A stretch of 64,000 bases of DNA from an uncultured Desulfosarcina sp. (GTDB lineage Bacteria; Desulfobacterota; Desulfobacteria; Desulfobacterales; Desulfosarcinaceae): assembly GCA_963674945.2 (NCBI GenBank), contig CAXXWQ010000003.1, positions 704,001 to 768,000 on the forward strand, read 5' to 3'. Position 1 is the first letter of the stretch; every line of letters begins with the position of its first letter. The position numbers and the translations under genes are program-made. Shown here piece after piece: positions 28,127-37,205 of this stretch. The notes beneath the pieces were generated by a model. It ran no database searches and was not told the DNA's origin. It saw only the letters and a program-made list of their open reading frames with translations.

Positions 28127-29167
28127 ATGAAATTCGGAACACGACAGTTGATCACACTTTTTATTTGTATCTGCATGGCATTTTCAGTAGCGCCTGCCTT
28201 TGCGGACGACATGAAACCGGGCAAAGGAACGACGGTCCAGCCCGCCCGGGCCACCTGGAACACCGGTTTCTTCCAGGAAGCACTGGTGCGCCGTGGACTC
28301 GTGGAATTGGGATACAAGGTCAAAACCCCCAAAGACCTGCAAAACCCGATTTTCTACAAATCCGTCGCCCTGGGCGATGTGGATTACTGGGCCAACGGCT
28401 GGTTTCCCAACCACAACAGCCAGCTTCCCAAAAATTTTTACGAAGATGCCGGTGTGTACGGCTATGTGGTGAAATCCGGCGGTCTCCAGGGCTACCTGGT
28501 GTCCAAAAAGGCCGTGGAAGAGTTCAACATCAAGTCCCTGGACGATTTTAAGCGCCCCGAGGTCATGAAGGCATTCGATAAAAACGGTGACGGCAAAGCC
28601 GATCTGACCGCCTGCCCACCGGGATGGGGATGTGAGAACGTCATCAGCTGGCACATGAAGGTATACGATCTGGACGACTACATCAATCCCGTCAAGGCGG
28701 CATATGAGGCCGGCATGGCATCGACGCTGGGAGACTACAAGAGCGGAAAACCGATCTTCTTCTACACCTGGGCCCCCAACTGGACGATCTTCAAGCTGCA
28801 ACCGGGCAAAGATGTCATGTGGATCAACGTACCCAAGATCATCCCCAAAGAGTCCCAAAAAGAAGCCGTGGATCGAATGACGGCTTCGGGCATCGTAGGA
28901 GCGGTCACCGATCCCATCAAGTTGGGGTTCGTCGTATCGGACATCCGAATCGTCGCCAACAAAAAATTTGTAGACAAGAATCCGGCCGCCAAGAAATTTT
29001 TCGAGGTGTTCACCCTGCCGTTGATCGACATCAACGAACAAAACACCCGCATGAACGAAGGGGAAAAGTCCCAGAAAGACATCGAACGCCACGTGGATGA
29101 ATGGATCGCCAAAAACGCCGAAAAATGGAACGGATGGCTGACTGCGGCGCGTCAAGCCGCAAAATAG
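28127..29167 (+). CDS. proX: Glycine betaine/proline ABC transporter substrate-binding protein
   Basis: Signal peptide; QGYL, FD.NGDGKADL..CPPGWGC, YTWAP.W. Confidence 0.93.
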   Translation: MKFGTRQLITLFICICMAFSVAPAFADDMKPGKGTTVQPARATWNTGFFQEALVRRGLVELGYKVKTPKDLQNPIFYKSVALGDVDYWANGWFPNHNSQLPKNFYEDAGVYGYVVKSGGLQGYLVSKKAVEEFNIKSLDDFKRPEVMKAFDKNGDGKADLTACPPGWGCENVISWHMKVYDLDDYINPVKAAYEAGMASTLGDYKSGKPIFFYTWAPNWTIFKLQPGKDVMWINVPKIIPKESQKEAVDRMTASGIVGAVTDPIKLGFVVSDIRIVANKKFVDKNPAAKKFFEVFTLPLIDINEQNTRMNEGEKSQKDIERHVDEWIAKNAEKWNGWLTAARQAAK

Positions 29168-29180
29168 TGTGAAACAAACA

Positions 29181-29305
29181 CAGGAGTCAGAAGACAGCAT
29201 TCAGGAGCCAGAATGAATCTGATGTCGCTTCGCTCCGTCGATAAGATAGATCGAGCCGCAGGCGAATACCTGATTCTGGATTCTGAATTCTGACTCCTGG
29301 ATTCT
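29181..29305. repeat. Heptamer-armed palindromic element, copy 2 (uninterrupted)
   Basis: CAGGAGT-CAGAAGA-CAGCATT-CAGGAGC-CAGAATG left arm; inverted TTCTGGA-TTCTGAA-TTCTGAC-TCCTGGA right arm. Confidence 0.8.
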
Positions 29306-29382
29306 CGAAACATTCCAACGGCAAAGCCATCTATCTTTTGAATAGGCACAGAGGACCAATTTTCTGGACTGAATGCAGCGAT

Positions 29383-29426
29383 TGCCCGGAACCTGCCACT
29401 GGGGTTCCGGGCATTTCTTTTTTTTG
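29383..29426 (+). terminator. Intrinsic terminator downstream of proX
   Basis: TGCCCGGAACC..GGTTCCGGGCA followed by TTTCTTTTTT. Confidence 0.7.
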
Positions 29427-29560
29427 AAGGCCTGTTGTTTAGGACTTTTTTATAAAAAGCGTTTCCCTCGTTTCCGTCTATCTGCGAAGGAAATAATAGC
29501 GAGTTTCTTGCATGCGATTGTTTGGCCGTATTTGGCCTGGAAAAGCTTTCTACGGAGCCG

Positions 29561-29761
29561 TCATTGTTCGATGGGGAAATAATAGTCCTGGCAGGACTGG
29601 CATATGGAGGAAATATTGTATTCCAGTTCGGCCCTTGGCGTGCGAAAAAAAAGTGCAGGTTCTCCACAAATTTTACAGATTCCATGGGCCTTGGCCATGG
29701 ACGTCCGCGCGATCACATCTTTCGCACCCAGTAGCTGTATGAGTTCTTTCACTTTATCCAT
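29561..29761 (-). CDS. Small Cys4 (zinc-finger-like) hypothetical protein, 66 aa
   Basis: CKIC..EY.IS.ICQSCQD; AGGTG RBS; perfect sigma28 promoter upstream. Confidence 0.7.
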   Translation of the reverse strand: MDKVKELIQLLGAKDVIARTSMAKAHGICKICGEPALFFRTPRAELEYNISSICQSCQDYYFPIEQ

Positions 29762-29896
29762 TGATCACCTGAAAAGAGCCTTTCATTTCCTGCAAAAGAT
29801 TATCCACGTATCTCGTTTCCGTTCATCGCCCGACCGCCTATTCAACGTGGCGACGGTTGTGCAAAGATCTTCCGTTGGGTCATGGTATACTATAAA

Positions 29897-29923
29897 TTAT
29901 CGGCAGGGACGACATCGGCTTTA
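29897..29923 (-). promoter_or_regulatory. Sigma28 (FliA) promoter
   Basis: Exact TAAA-N15-GCCGATAA on minus strand. Confidence 0.75.
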
Positions 29924-30153
29924 GGCGAACGGGAAAAAAGGGTCTTCCAAGGCGGTTATCACAGGGCCGACGCACTTGCACGCCGTGACAACCACATTGG
30001 CAACGACGGGCACCACTGCCAAAAGACGTGTGACTGTTTTTTCCTTGATTGATCATTACAATCTAACTATTATACAAAGTTTTTAATCATTGTCATCCAT
30101 CTGCGGTTGCATCGCAGCCGGAAACAAGACTTAATCGATCGGGAGATGTATAG

Positions 30154-31146
30154 ATGAGTGTCAAGAAGCGAGTATTGAGCGGTATGCGGCCCACCGGACC
30201 GCTGCACCTGGGGAATCTTCACGGAGCGCTTTCCAATTGGGTAGAGATGCAGGCGGATTATGACTGTTTCTTCTTCATCGCCGACTGGCATGCTTTGACC
30301 AGCGACTATGAAAACCCAAGCAAAATTACCGGATACGTGAAAGAGATGATGATCGACTGGCTCAGCGTGGGTCTCGATCCGGAAAAAAGCACCCTTTTCG
30401 TGCAATCGAGAGTTCCCGAACATGCCGAACTCTTCATGTTGCTGTCCATGATCACACCGGTGCCCTGGCTGGAGCGAAACCCGACCTACAAGGACCAGAT
30501 TGTCCAGCTGGACAACAAAGACCTTTCCACTTTTGGATTCTTGGGCTACCCTGTCCTTCAGGCGGCGGACATCATCATGTACAAGGCCAATGGAGTGCCG
30601 GTGGGAATCGATCAGGTGCCCCATGTGGAAATCACGCGCGAAATTGCAAGACGCTTCAATTTCCTTTACGGTGATGTATTTCCGGAACCGGAAGCGCTCT
30701 TGACCAAGACGGCCAAAATCCTTGGGTTGGATCGCCGCAAAATGAGCAAATCTTACAATAATGCCATCTACCTATCCGATTCTCCGGATGAAATCGCCAA
30801 GAAGGTGGCCCAGATGGTCACCGACCCCCAGCGAATGCGAAAGGACGATCCTGGAAATCCGGACATTTGCAATGTTTTCGAGTTTCATAAAATTTACTCG
30901 GAAGAAAAGACATGGCAGGCCATCGATCCGCAATGCCGGAATGCTGAAATTGGATGCGTGGCGTGCAAGAAAATCATGGCCGAAAGCCTGATCAAGGCCA
31001 TGGAGCCCATCCGGGAGCGAAGAATCCATTTTGAGAAAAATCCCGAACTGGTTGAAAAGATCCTGACTGCCGGCAGTGAAAAGGCCAGGGCTGTGGCCAG
31101 AAAAACCATGGAGCAGGTACGAAAGGCAATACAAATAAAAGAGTAA
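30154..31146 (+). CDS. trpS: Tryptophan--tRNA ligase
   Basis: SGMRPTG.LHLGN, YPVLQAADI, VPVG.DQ, KMSKS. Confidence 0.97.
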   Translation: MSVKKRVLSGMRPTGPLHLGNLHGALSNWVEMQADYDCFFFIADWHALTSDYENPSKITGYVKEMMIDWLSVGLDPEKSTLFVQSRVPEHAELFMLLSMITPVPWLERNPTYKDQIVQLDNKDLSTFGFLGYPVLQAADIIMYKANGVPVGIDQVPHVEITREIARRFNFLYGDVFPEPEALLTKTAKILGLDRRKMSKSYNNAIYLSDSPDEIAKKVAQMVTDPQRMRKDDPGNPDICNVFEFHKIYSEEKTWQAIDPQCRNAEIGCVACKKIMAESLIKAMEPIRERRIHFEKNPELVEKILTAGSEKARAVARKTMEQVRKAIQIKE

Positions 31147-31194
31147 AGCGACACCATTTACGTTTGGAACGAAACCGTTAGGTCAGGATAACCG

Positions 31195-31953
31195 ATGCCA
31201 TCTTTGACAGACAGCACTTCGGACAGGCCATTGGACGATATGGATGATGACCTGTATCGGGTCAGACTCCAGGACGTTTTTGAAGGTCCCATGGATCTTC
31301 TCGTCCATTTGATCAAAAAGGCCGAGGTCAACATCTACGATATTCCCATCGCCCGGATTACCGATCAGTACCTTGCGTATCTGGAGTGGATGCAGCAGAT
31401 GAACATCGATTTTGCCGGCGATTTCGTCCTGATGGCGTCTACCTTGACGCACATCAAGTCCAAGATGTTGTTACCGGTTTCGGAAGGAGAAGAGGAGGAT
31501 GAGGATCCGAGGCTGGAGATCACCAGACCGCTGCTGGAATACCTTCGAATCAAATCGGCTGCAGAGCAGTTGGCCGAGCGCAACCTTCTGGGCGAAAAGA
31601 CCTTCACCCGGAGCCCCGGCCCGGAGCCGATGGAAGATTTTCAAGACGACCAGGTGATACAAATCGGTCTGTTCGAACTCATCGATGCATTTCAGGCGAT
31701 CCTGAACAAGGTGACACCTGGCCACCGTGTCGATTTTTCCCGTGATCGGGTATCCGTTCAGGAACGGATTACCGAACTCACGGAGCTACTCGAGTTAAAG
31801 TCGTCTCTCACATTCGAAGAGATGTTCGACGGCAGCCAAGAAAAGAGCGACATCATCGTCACCTTTCTGGCAATCCTGGAGATGGCCAAGCTCAACCTGA
31901 TCCGCGTTGCGCAACACTTACCCACGGGAATAATTCGCGTATTTTATCAATAA
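31195..31953 (+). CDS. scpA: Segregation and condensation protein A (kleisin)
   Basis: FEGPMDLL.HLI, IPIARITDQY, TFLAILE; start may be 31240. Confidence 0.93.
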   Translation: MPSLTDSTSDRPLDDMDDDLYRVRLQDVFEGPMDLLVHLIKKAEVNIYDIPIARITDQYLAYLEWMQQMNIDFAGDFVLMASTLTHIKSKMLLPVSEGEEEDEDPRLEITRPLLEYLRIKSAAEQLAERNLLGEKTFTRSPGPEPMEDFQDDQVIQIGLFELIDAFQAILNKVTPGHRVDFSRDRVSVQERITELTELLELKSSLTFEEMFDGSQEKSDIIVTFLAILEMAKLNLIRVAQHLPTGIIRVFYQ

Positions 31954-31977
31954 TAACTGTTTTACGACTGGACAGCG

Positions 31978-32646
31978 ATGACTGACGACCTCAAATATAT
32001 CATCGAGAGCCTGCTCTTCGTGTCCGATACGCCATTGACGATGGCGCAATTGAAAAACATTCTCGACGATGCGGATGCCAATGCCGTTCGCGGTGCCGTC
32101 GATGAATTGATGGCCGAGTATCGCCAGCGCGATGGTGGCTTCATACTGAAAGAAGTTGCCGGCGGTTTCCAGTTTCGCACCCAAAGCAGATACAACGATT
32201 GGATCAAGCGGCTGGTGAAACCCCATGCGCCGCGCCTGAGCAAGGCCGCCTTGGAGACGCTTGCCATCATCGCTTATAATCAGCCGATCATCCGAAACGA
32301 TATCGAACATATCCGTGGTGTTGACAGTGGAGGCGTCATCCGTATGCTCATGGAACGAAAATTGATTCGCGTGCTGGGGCGCATGGAAATTCCCGGCCGG
32401 CCGTTGATCTATGCGACCACCAAGCATTTTCTGGAGGTATTCGAACTCAAAGACTTAAAGGACCTACCCACGCCAAAGGAGATCGAAGAACTCTCGAAAA
32501 CCAGACAGGATGAGGCGATGGAGAAACTCGACGAAGCGGTGGCAGTCGGCGCCGATGCCGGTGCGACCGCCGAGGACCCTCTTACGGCACCTGAAGAAGA
32601 GACCGTAAGTGATTGTAAGGAAGAAACAGATCCAGAAAGCGGGTAG
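31978..32646 (+). CDS. scpB: Segregation and condensation protein B
   Basis: IESLLF, LSKAALETLAIIAY.QP, IRGV, PGRP..Y.TT..FL. Confidence 0.95.
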   Translation: MTDDLKYIIESLLFVSDTPLTMAQLKNILDDADANAVRGAVDELMAEYRQRDGGFILKEVAGGFQFRTQSRYNDWIKRLVKPHAPRLSKAALETLAIIAYNQPIIRNDIEHIRGVDSGGVIRMLMERKLIRVLGRMEIPGRPLIYATTKHFLEVFELKDLKDLPTPKEIEELSKTRQDEAMEKLDEAVAVGADAGATAEDPLTAPEEETVSDCKEETDPESG

Positions 32647-32884
32647 CTGTAGACAAACGAAACCGCTGACCAGCCCAACAACACATGCCGGTTCCGCTCA
32701 AACCACAACATACAGTATTGCTTTTTTACATCATATCCATCATAAAGGGATGTGTCCCCTCGTCCTGCCAGCAAGCAGGCCAAGGGCCACGTCCTCTACA
32801 CCCGATGTGAGGAACAGCTGCCTCCCACACCCCCATTGATACCGAATCGGGTGGGACGTCGAATCTTGAATCGGAGGAATTGCC

Positions 32885-34810
32885 ATCAAAACGGACACAC
32901 TTTTCAAAAACGGCGGCAATAACAAAAGGGATTACAATGCCGCCTCCCTGGAAGTTCTAAAGGGACTTGACCCGGTCCGCCGGCGACCGGGCATGTACAC
33001 GGACACACAACGCCCGAACCACCTGGCCCAGGAAGTGATCGACAACAGCGTGGACGAAGCCATCGCCGGTTTCGCGAAACGTATCGACGTGATCCTGCAT
33101 GAGGACGGCTCCTTGCGTGTTGCCGATGACGGACGCGGCATGCCAACGGATGTTCACCCCGAAGAGGGAATCACCGGCGTAGAGGTGATCATGCTCAAAT
33201 TGCATGCCGGGGCGAAATTCTCCAATAAAGATTATCAGTTTTCCGGAGGACTGCACGGCGTCGGTGTCTCGGTGGTCAATGCGCTCTCCAGCCGCCTCGA
33301 GGCGGAGATCAGAAGAGACGGCACAAGATACGAAATCCGATTCGCCGACGGGCGAAAGGAGCAGGAATTGGAAGCGGTCGGCACCGTCGGCCAGCGCAAC
33401 ACCGGCACAACCATTCGGTTCTGGCCCAATCCCGAATATTTCGATACGGTCCGATTCTCCATCCCAAGGCTGCGCCACACGCTCAGGGCAAAGGCGGTTC
33501 TGTGCCCCGGACTCACGGTGAGCTTCACCGACGAAAAAAGCGGTGAGACATCAAAATGGTACTACGAAGACGGCCTCAAGGAATATCTGGCCAGCGGGCT
33601 GATGGATTTCGAACGGATTCCGGACGACCCCTTCGTGGGAAAATTCGACGGTGATGGAGAAGCCGTTTCCTGGGCCGTGACATGGCTGCCCCAGGCAGGG
33701 GAGGCCATTACCGAAAGTTACGTGAACCTGATCCCTACGGCCCAGGGGGGCACCCATGTTAACGGATTCCGTTCGGGATTATTGGCCGCCATTCGCGAAT
33801 TTTGTGAATTTCGAAAATTGATCCCCCGTGGAATCAAGCTGGCGCCGGATGATGTCTGGGACCGGTGCGCCTATGTGCTCTCCGTCAAGATGACCGATCC
33901 CCAGTTCTCCGGGCAGACCAAAGAGCGGCTCTCCTCCCGCCAGTGTGCCTCCTTTGTCAACGGGGTCGTAAAGGACGCCTTCAGTCTCTGGCTGAATCAC
34001 CATACCGAGACCGGTGAACGATTGGCGGAGATGGCGATTGAAAATGCGAGAAACCGGTTGAAAGCCGGCAAGAAGGTCGTACGGAAAAAAATTACCGCCG
34101 GCCCGGCCCTTCCCGGCAAGTTGGCCGACTGTGTGAGCCAGGATCCCGATCAGAGCGAACTATTTCTGGTGGAAGGGGACTCCGCCGGAGGATCTGCAAA
34201 GCAGGCAAGGGACCGGCAGACACAGGCGGTCATGCCCCTTCGGGGCAAAATCCTCAACACCTGGGAAGTGGAATCCACCCAGATACTGGGGTCCAAAGAG
34301 GTCCATGACATCGCCGTGGCCATCGGTGTGGACCCGGGTTCCGAAAAGCTCAACGGTCTTCGTTACCATCGGGTCTGCATCCTCGCCGATGCGGACTCCG
34401 ATGGCCTGCATATCGCCACCTTGCTCTGTGCCCTGTTTCTTCGGCACTTCACGCCGCTGGTCAAGGCCGGCCACGTATTCGTGGCCATGCCCCCCCTGTA
34501 CCGAATCGATGCGGCCAAGAAAGTCTATTATGCGTTGGACGATGCGGAAAAGACAGCGATCATCCGTCGTCTTACGACCCAAAAGGCCAATGTAAAGATC
34601 AACGTTCAGCGGTTCAAGGGGCTGGGGGAGATGAATCCGGTGCAACTTAGGGAAACCACCATGGCGCCGGACACCCGCCGGTTGGTTCAGATGACCGTGG
34701 ACGAAGACGAGACGGCCTTTTCCACCCTGGACATGCTGCTGGCAAAGAAACGGGCAGAGGATCGTCGGCATTGGATCGAAGAGAGTGGTAATCTGGCCAA
34801 GATAGATTGA
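32885..34810 (+). CDS. parE: DNA topoisomerase IV subunit B
   Basis: EVIDNSVDE, GGLHGVG, EGDSAGGS, PLRGKILN, DADSDG; conserved YNAASLEVLKGLDPVRRRPG lies upstream of the first ATG (32993), so start placed at ATC 32885 (inferred). Confidence 0.92.
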   Translation: MKTDTLFKNGGNNKRDYNAASLEVLKGLDPVRRRPGMYTDTQRPNHLAQEVIDNSVDEAIAGFAKRIDVILHEDGSLRVADDGRGMPTDVHPEEGITGVEVIMLKLHAGAKFSNKDYQFSGGLHGVGVSVVNALSSRLEAEIRRDGTRYEIRFADGRKEQELEAVGTVGQRNTGTTIRFWPNPEYFDTVRFSIPRLRHTLRAKAVLCPGLTVSFTDEKSGETSKWYYEDGLKEYLASGLMDFERIPDDPFVGKFDGDGEAVSWAVTWLPQAGEAITESYVNLIPTAQGGTHVNGFRSGLLAAIREFCEFRKLIPRGIKLAPDDVWDRCAYVLSVKMTDPQFSGQTKERLSSRQCASFVNGVVKDAFSLWLNHHTETGERLAEMAIENARNRLKAGKKVVRKKITAGPALPGKLADCVSQDPDQSELFLVEGDSAGGSAKQARDRQTQAVMPLRGKILNTWEVESTQILGSKEVHDIAVAIGVDPGSEKLNGLRYHRVCILADADSDGLHIATLLCALFLRHFTPLVKAGHVFVAMPPLYRIDAAKKVYYALDDAEKTAIIRRLTTQKANVKINVQRFKGLGEMNPVQLRETTMAPDTRRLVQMTVDEDETAFSTLDMLLAKKRAEDRRHWIEESGNLAKID

Positions 34811-34830
34811 AAACAACATAGAAAGCGAAT

Positions 34831-37125
34831 ATGACGACAATCACATCCCCTGTCCAAGAGGGCACCGAACGGATGCCCCTGCAGCAGTTTTCCCGGCAGG
34901 CCTATCTCGACTACGCCATGTACGTCATCATGGATCGCGCCCTGCCTCACATCGGCGATGGTCTTAAGCCCGTTCAGCGGCGCATCGTCTATGCCATGAG
35001 CGAATTGGGCCTGACGGCGTCCGCAAAACCCAAAAAGTCCGCACGAACGGTGGGCGATGTGCTGGGAAAGTTTCATCCCCATGGGGATACGGCATGTTAC
35101 GAGGCCATGGTCCTCATGGCACAACCCTTTTCCTACCGATACCCGCTCATCGACGGACAGGGCAACTGGGGAGCACCGGACGATCCCAAGTCATTCGCCG
35201 CCATGCGGTATACCGAGGCCCGGCTCTCCGCCTATGCAGACGTACTCTTGTCCGAAATCACCATGGGAACGGTGAACTGGATTCCCAACTTCGACGGCAC
35301 ACTGAAGGAACCACAGGTAATGCCGGCCCGGCTTCCCAATATTTTGCTAAACGGTACCACGGGCATCGCCGTCGGCATGGCCACCGATATCCCGCCCCAC
35401 AACATCAACGAAGTCGTCGACGCCTGCATCCATTTGATCGACAACCCCGGCGCCGACACAAACGCGTTATGCGATTTCATCCAGGGGCCGGACTACCCTT
35501 CGGGTGCGGAGATCATCACGCCGAAATCGGAAATTGCGGCCATCTATCGGACGGGCAAAGGGGTGATCCGCATGCGGGCAACCTATGAACGGGAAAATGG
35601 AGACATCGTCATCGGCGCCCTGCCCCATCAAGTCTCCCCGGCCAGGGTTCTCGAGCAGATTGCTTCCCAGATGAACAAGAAGAAGCTACCCATGGTTGCC
35701 GATCTTCGTGATGAATCGGACCACGATGACCCCGTGCGCCTGGTCATCGTTCCTCGTTCGAATCGGGTGGACAGGGATGCTCTCATGGCCCACCTCTTCG
35801 CCACCACGGATCTGGAGAAGACCCACAGGATCAACCTGAATGTCATCGGACTGGACCGAAAACCGGGTGTACGAGGCCTCTGTTCCCTCCTTTCCGAGTG
35901 GATCGAGTTCCGCGTGCAAACCGTCAAGGACCGACTGGCCCATCGTCTGGAGAAAGTGCAGCGTCGCCTTCACATCCTAGAAGGCCTGCTGATTGCCTAT
36001 CTGAACATCGACGAGGTCATCCGCATCATTCGCAGCGAAGACAACCCCAAACCGGTATTGATGAACCGCTTCGATCTCTCCGATGAACAGGCGGAGGCCA
36101 TATTGCAGCTTCGCCTTCGCCACCTGGCGAAGTTGGAGGAGATGAAGATTCGAAGCGAGCAAAAGGACCTGGACAAAGAACGGCAGCTTTTGGAAAAAAC
36201 GCTCTCTTCCCAAGCCCGACTCAAGACATTGGTCAAGAAGGAGCTTCGTGCCGACGCGAAAAAATTTGGCGACGATCGACGAACTGCCATCGTCGAGCGT
36301 GAGGAAGCCCAGGCCATCTCCCAGGAGCAGTTGGCGCCGGTGGAACCGATTACGGTTATTCTTTCCATGAACGGTTGGGTGCGTGCGGCCAAAGGGCATG
36401 AGATCGATCCCATCGAAGCGACCTACCGACCGGGAGACGGCTATCTGGACGCGGCCCGGGGTAAGAGCAACCAACCGGTGACGTTTTTGGACAGCACGGG
36501 CCGTTCCTTCAGCCTTTCTGCACACACGCTGCCATCGGCCCGGGGATATGGCGAACCCCTCACCGGTCGATTCGCCCTGACACCCGGCGCCACCATGATG
36601 GCCGTGATAATGGAAAAAGAAGATCGGCAGTTGCTGCTTGCAAGTGATGCCGGTTACGGATTCATCACTCGCTATGGGGAACTTGTGACGCGCAACACCA
36701 AGGGCAAGGCGATTCTCACGCTTCCCAAAGGTGCCCGGCCCCTATTGCCGATCCCCATAGACGAAACCGGCGGGAATCTGCTGGCCGCTGTCACCAACGA
36801 GGGACGCATGCTGGTCTTTGCTTTGGATAAACTACCGGCCATCGCAAAGGGCAAAGGAAACAAGATTATCCACATCCCCGTAAAACGTGCCAGGGAGAGA
36901 GAAGAGATTCTCACCCATCTGGCACTGGTACCCGAGGAGGCCGGCCTCACCATTTACTCCGGGAAGCGCTTCTTCAAGTTGTCTCACGGCAATTTATCCG
37001 AATATATGGGCGAACGTGGGCGACGCGGAAAGAAGCTGCCACGCGGATTCCAAAAGGTAGACCGGTTGGAAAGCGAAGCGCCTGTCCAGGCACCGTTGCC
37101 CCTTGCGTCGAAAGAAGAGGAGTAA
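34831..37125 (+). CDS. parC: DNA topoisomerase IV subunit A
   Basis: [41 protein letters not shown]; no GyrA-box seen. Confidence 0.95.
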   Translation: MTTITSPVQEGTERMPLQQFSRQAYLDYAMYVIMDRALPHIGDGLKPVQRRIVYAMSELGLTASAKPKKSARTVGDVLGKFHPHGDTACYEAMVLMAQPFSYRYPLIDGQGNWGAPDDPKSFAAMRYTEARLSAYADVLLSEITMGTVNWIPNFDGTLKEPQVMPARLPNILLNGTTGIAVGMATDIPPHNINEVVDACIHLIDNPGADTNALCDFIQGPDYPSGAEIITPKSEIAAIYRTGKGVIRMRATYERENGDIVIGALPHQVSPARVLEQIASQMNKKKLPMVADLRDESDHDDPVRLVIVPRSNRVDRDALMAHLFATTDLEKTHRINLNVIGLDRKPGVRGLCSLLSEWIEFRVQTVKDRLAHRLEKVQRRLHILEGLLIAYLNIDEVIRIIRSEDNPKPVLMNRFDLSDEQAEAILQLRLRHLAKLEEMKIRSEQKDLDKERQLLEKTLSSQARLKTLVKKELRADAKKFGDDRRTAIVEREEAQAISQEQLAPVEPITVILSMNGWVRAAKGHEIDPIEATYRPGDGYLDAARGKSNQPVTFLDSTGRSFSLSAHTLPSARGYGEPLTGRFALTPGATMMAVIMEKEDRQLLLASDAGYGFITRYGELVTRNTKGKAILTLPKGARPLLPIPIDETGGNLLAAVTNEGRMLVFALDKLPAIAKGKGNKIIHIPVKRAREREEILTHLALVPEEAGLTIYSGKRFFKLSHGNLSEYMGERGRRGKKLPRGFQKVDRLESEAPVQAPLPLASKEEE

Positions 37126-37140
37126 CGCCCTTTCCCGAAA

Positions 37141-37168
37141 AAAAAGGGACCGAAGAGTCCCGTTTTTA
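37141..37168 (+). terminator. Short hairpin, possible terminator after parC
   Basis: A-run, GGGAC-CGAAGA-GTCCC, GTTTTT. Confidence 0.45.
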
Positions 37169-37205
37169 ACCACCGCGATCAAACATCTTTTCTGATGCCA
37201 GGGCA

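Noticed and set aside
25804..29200. 342-aa and 338-aa minus-strand ORFs
   Set aside because: Antisense to proV and proX; expected from codon bias
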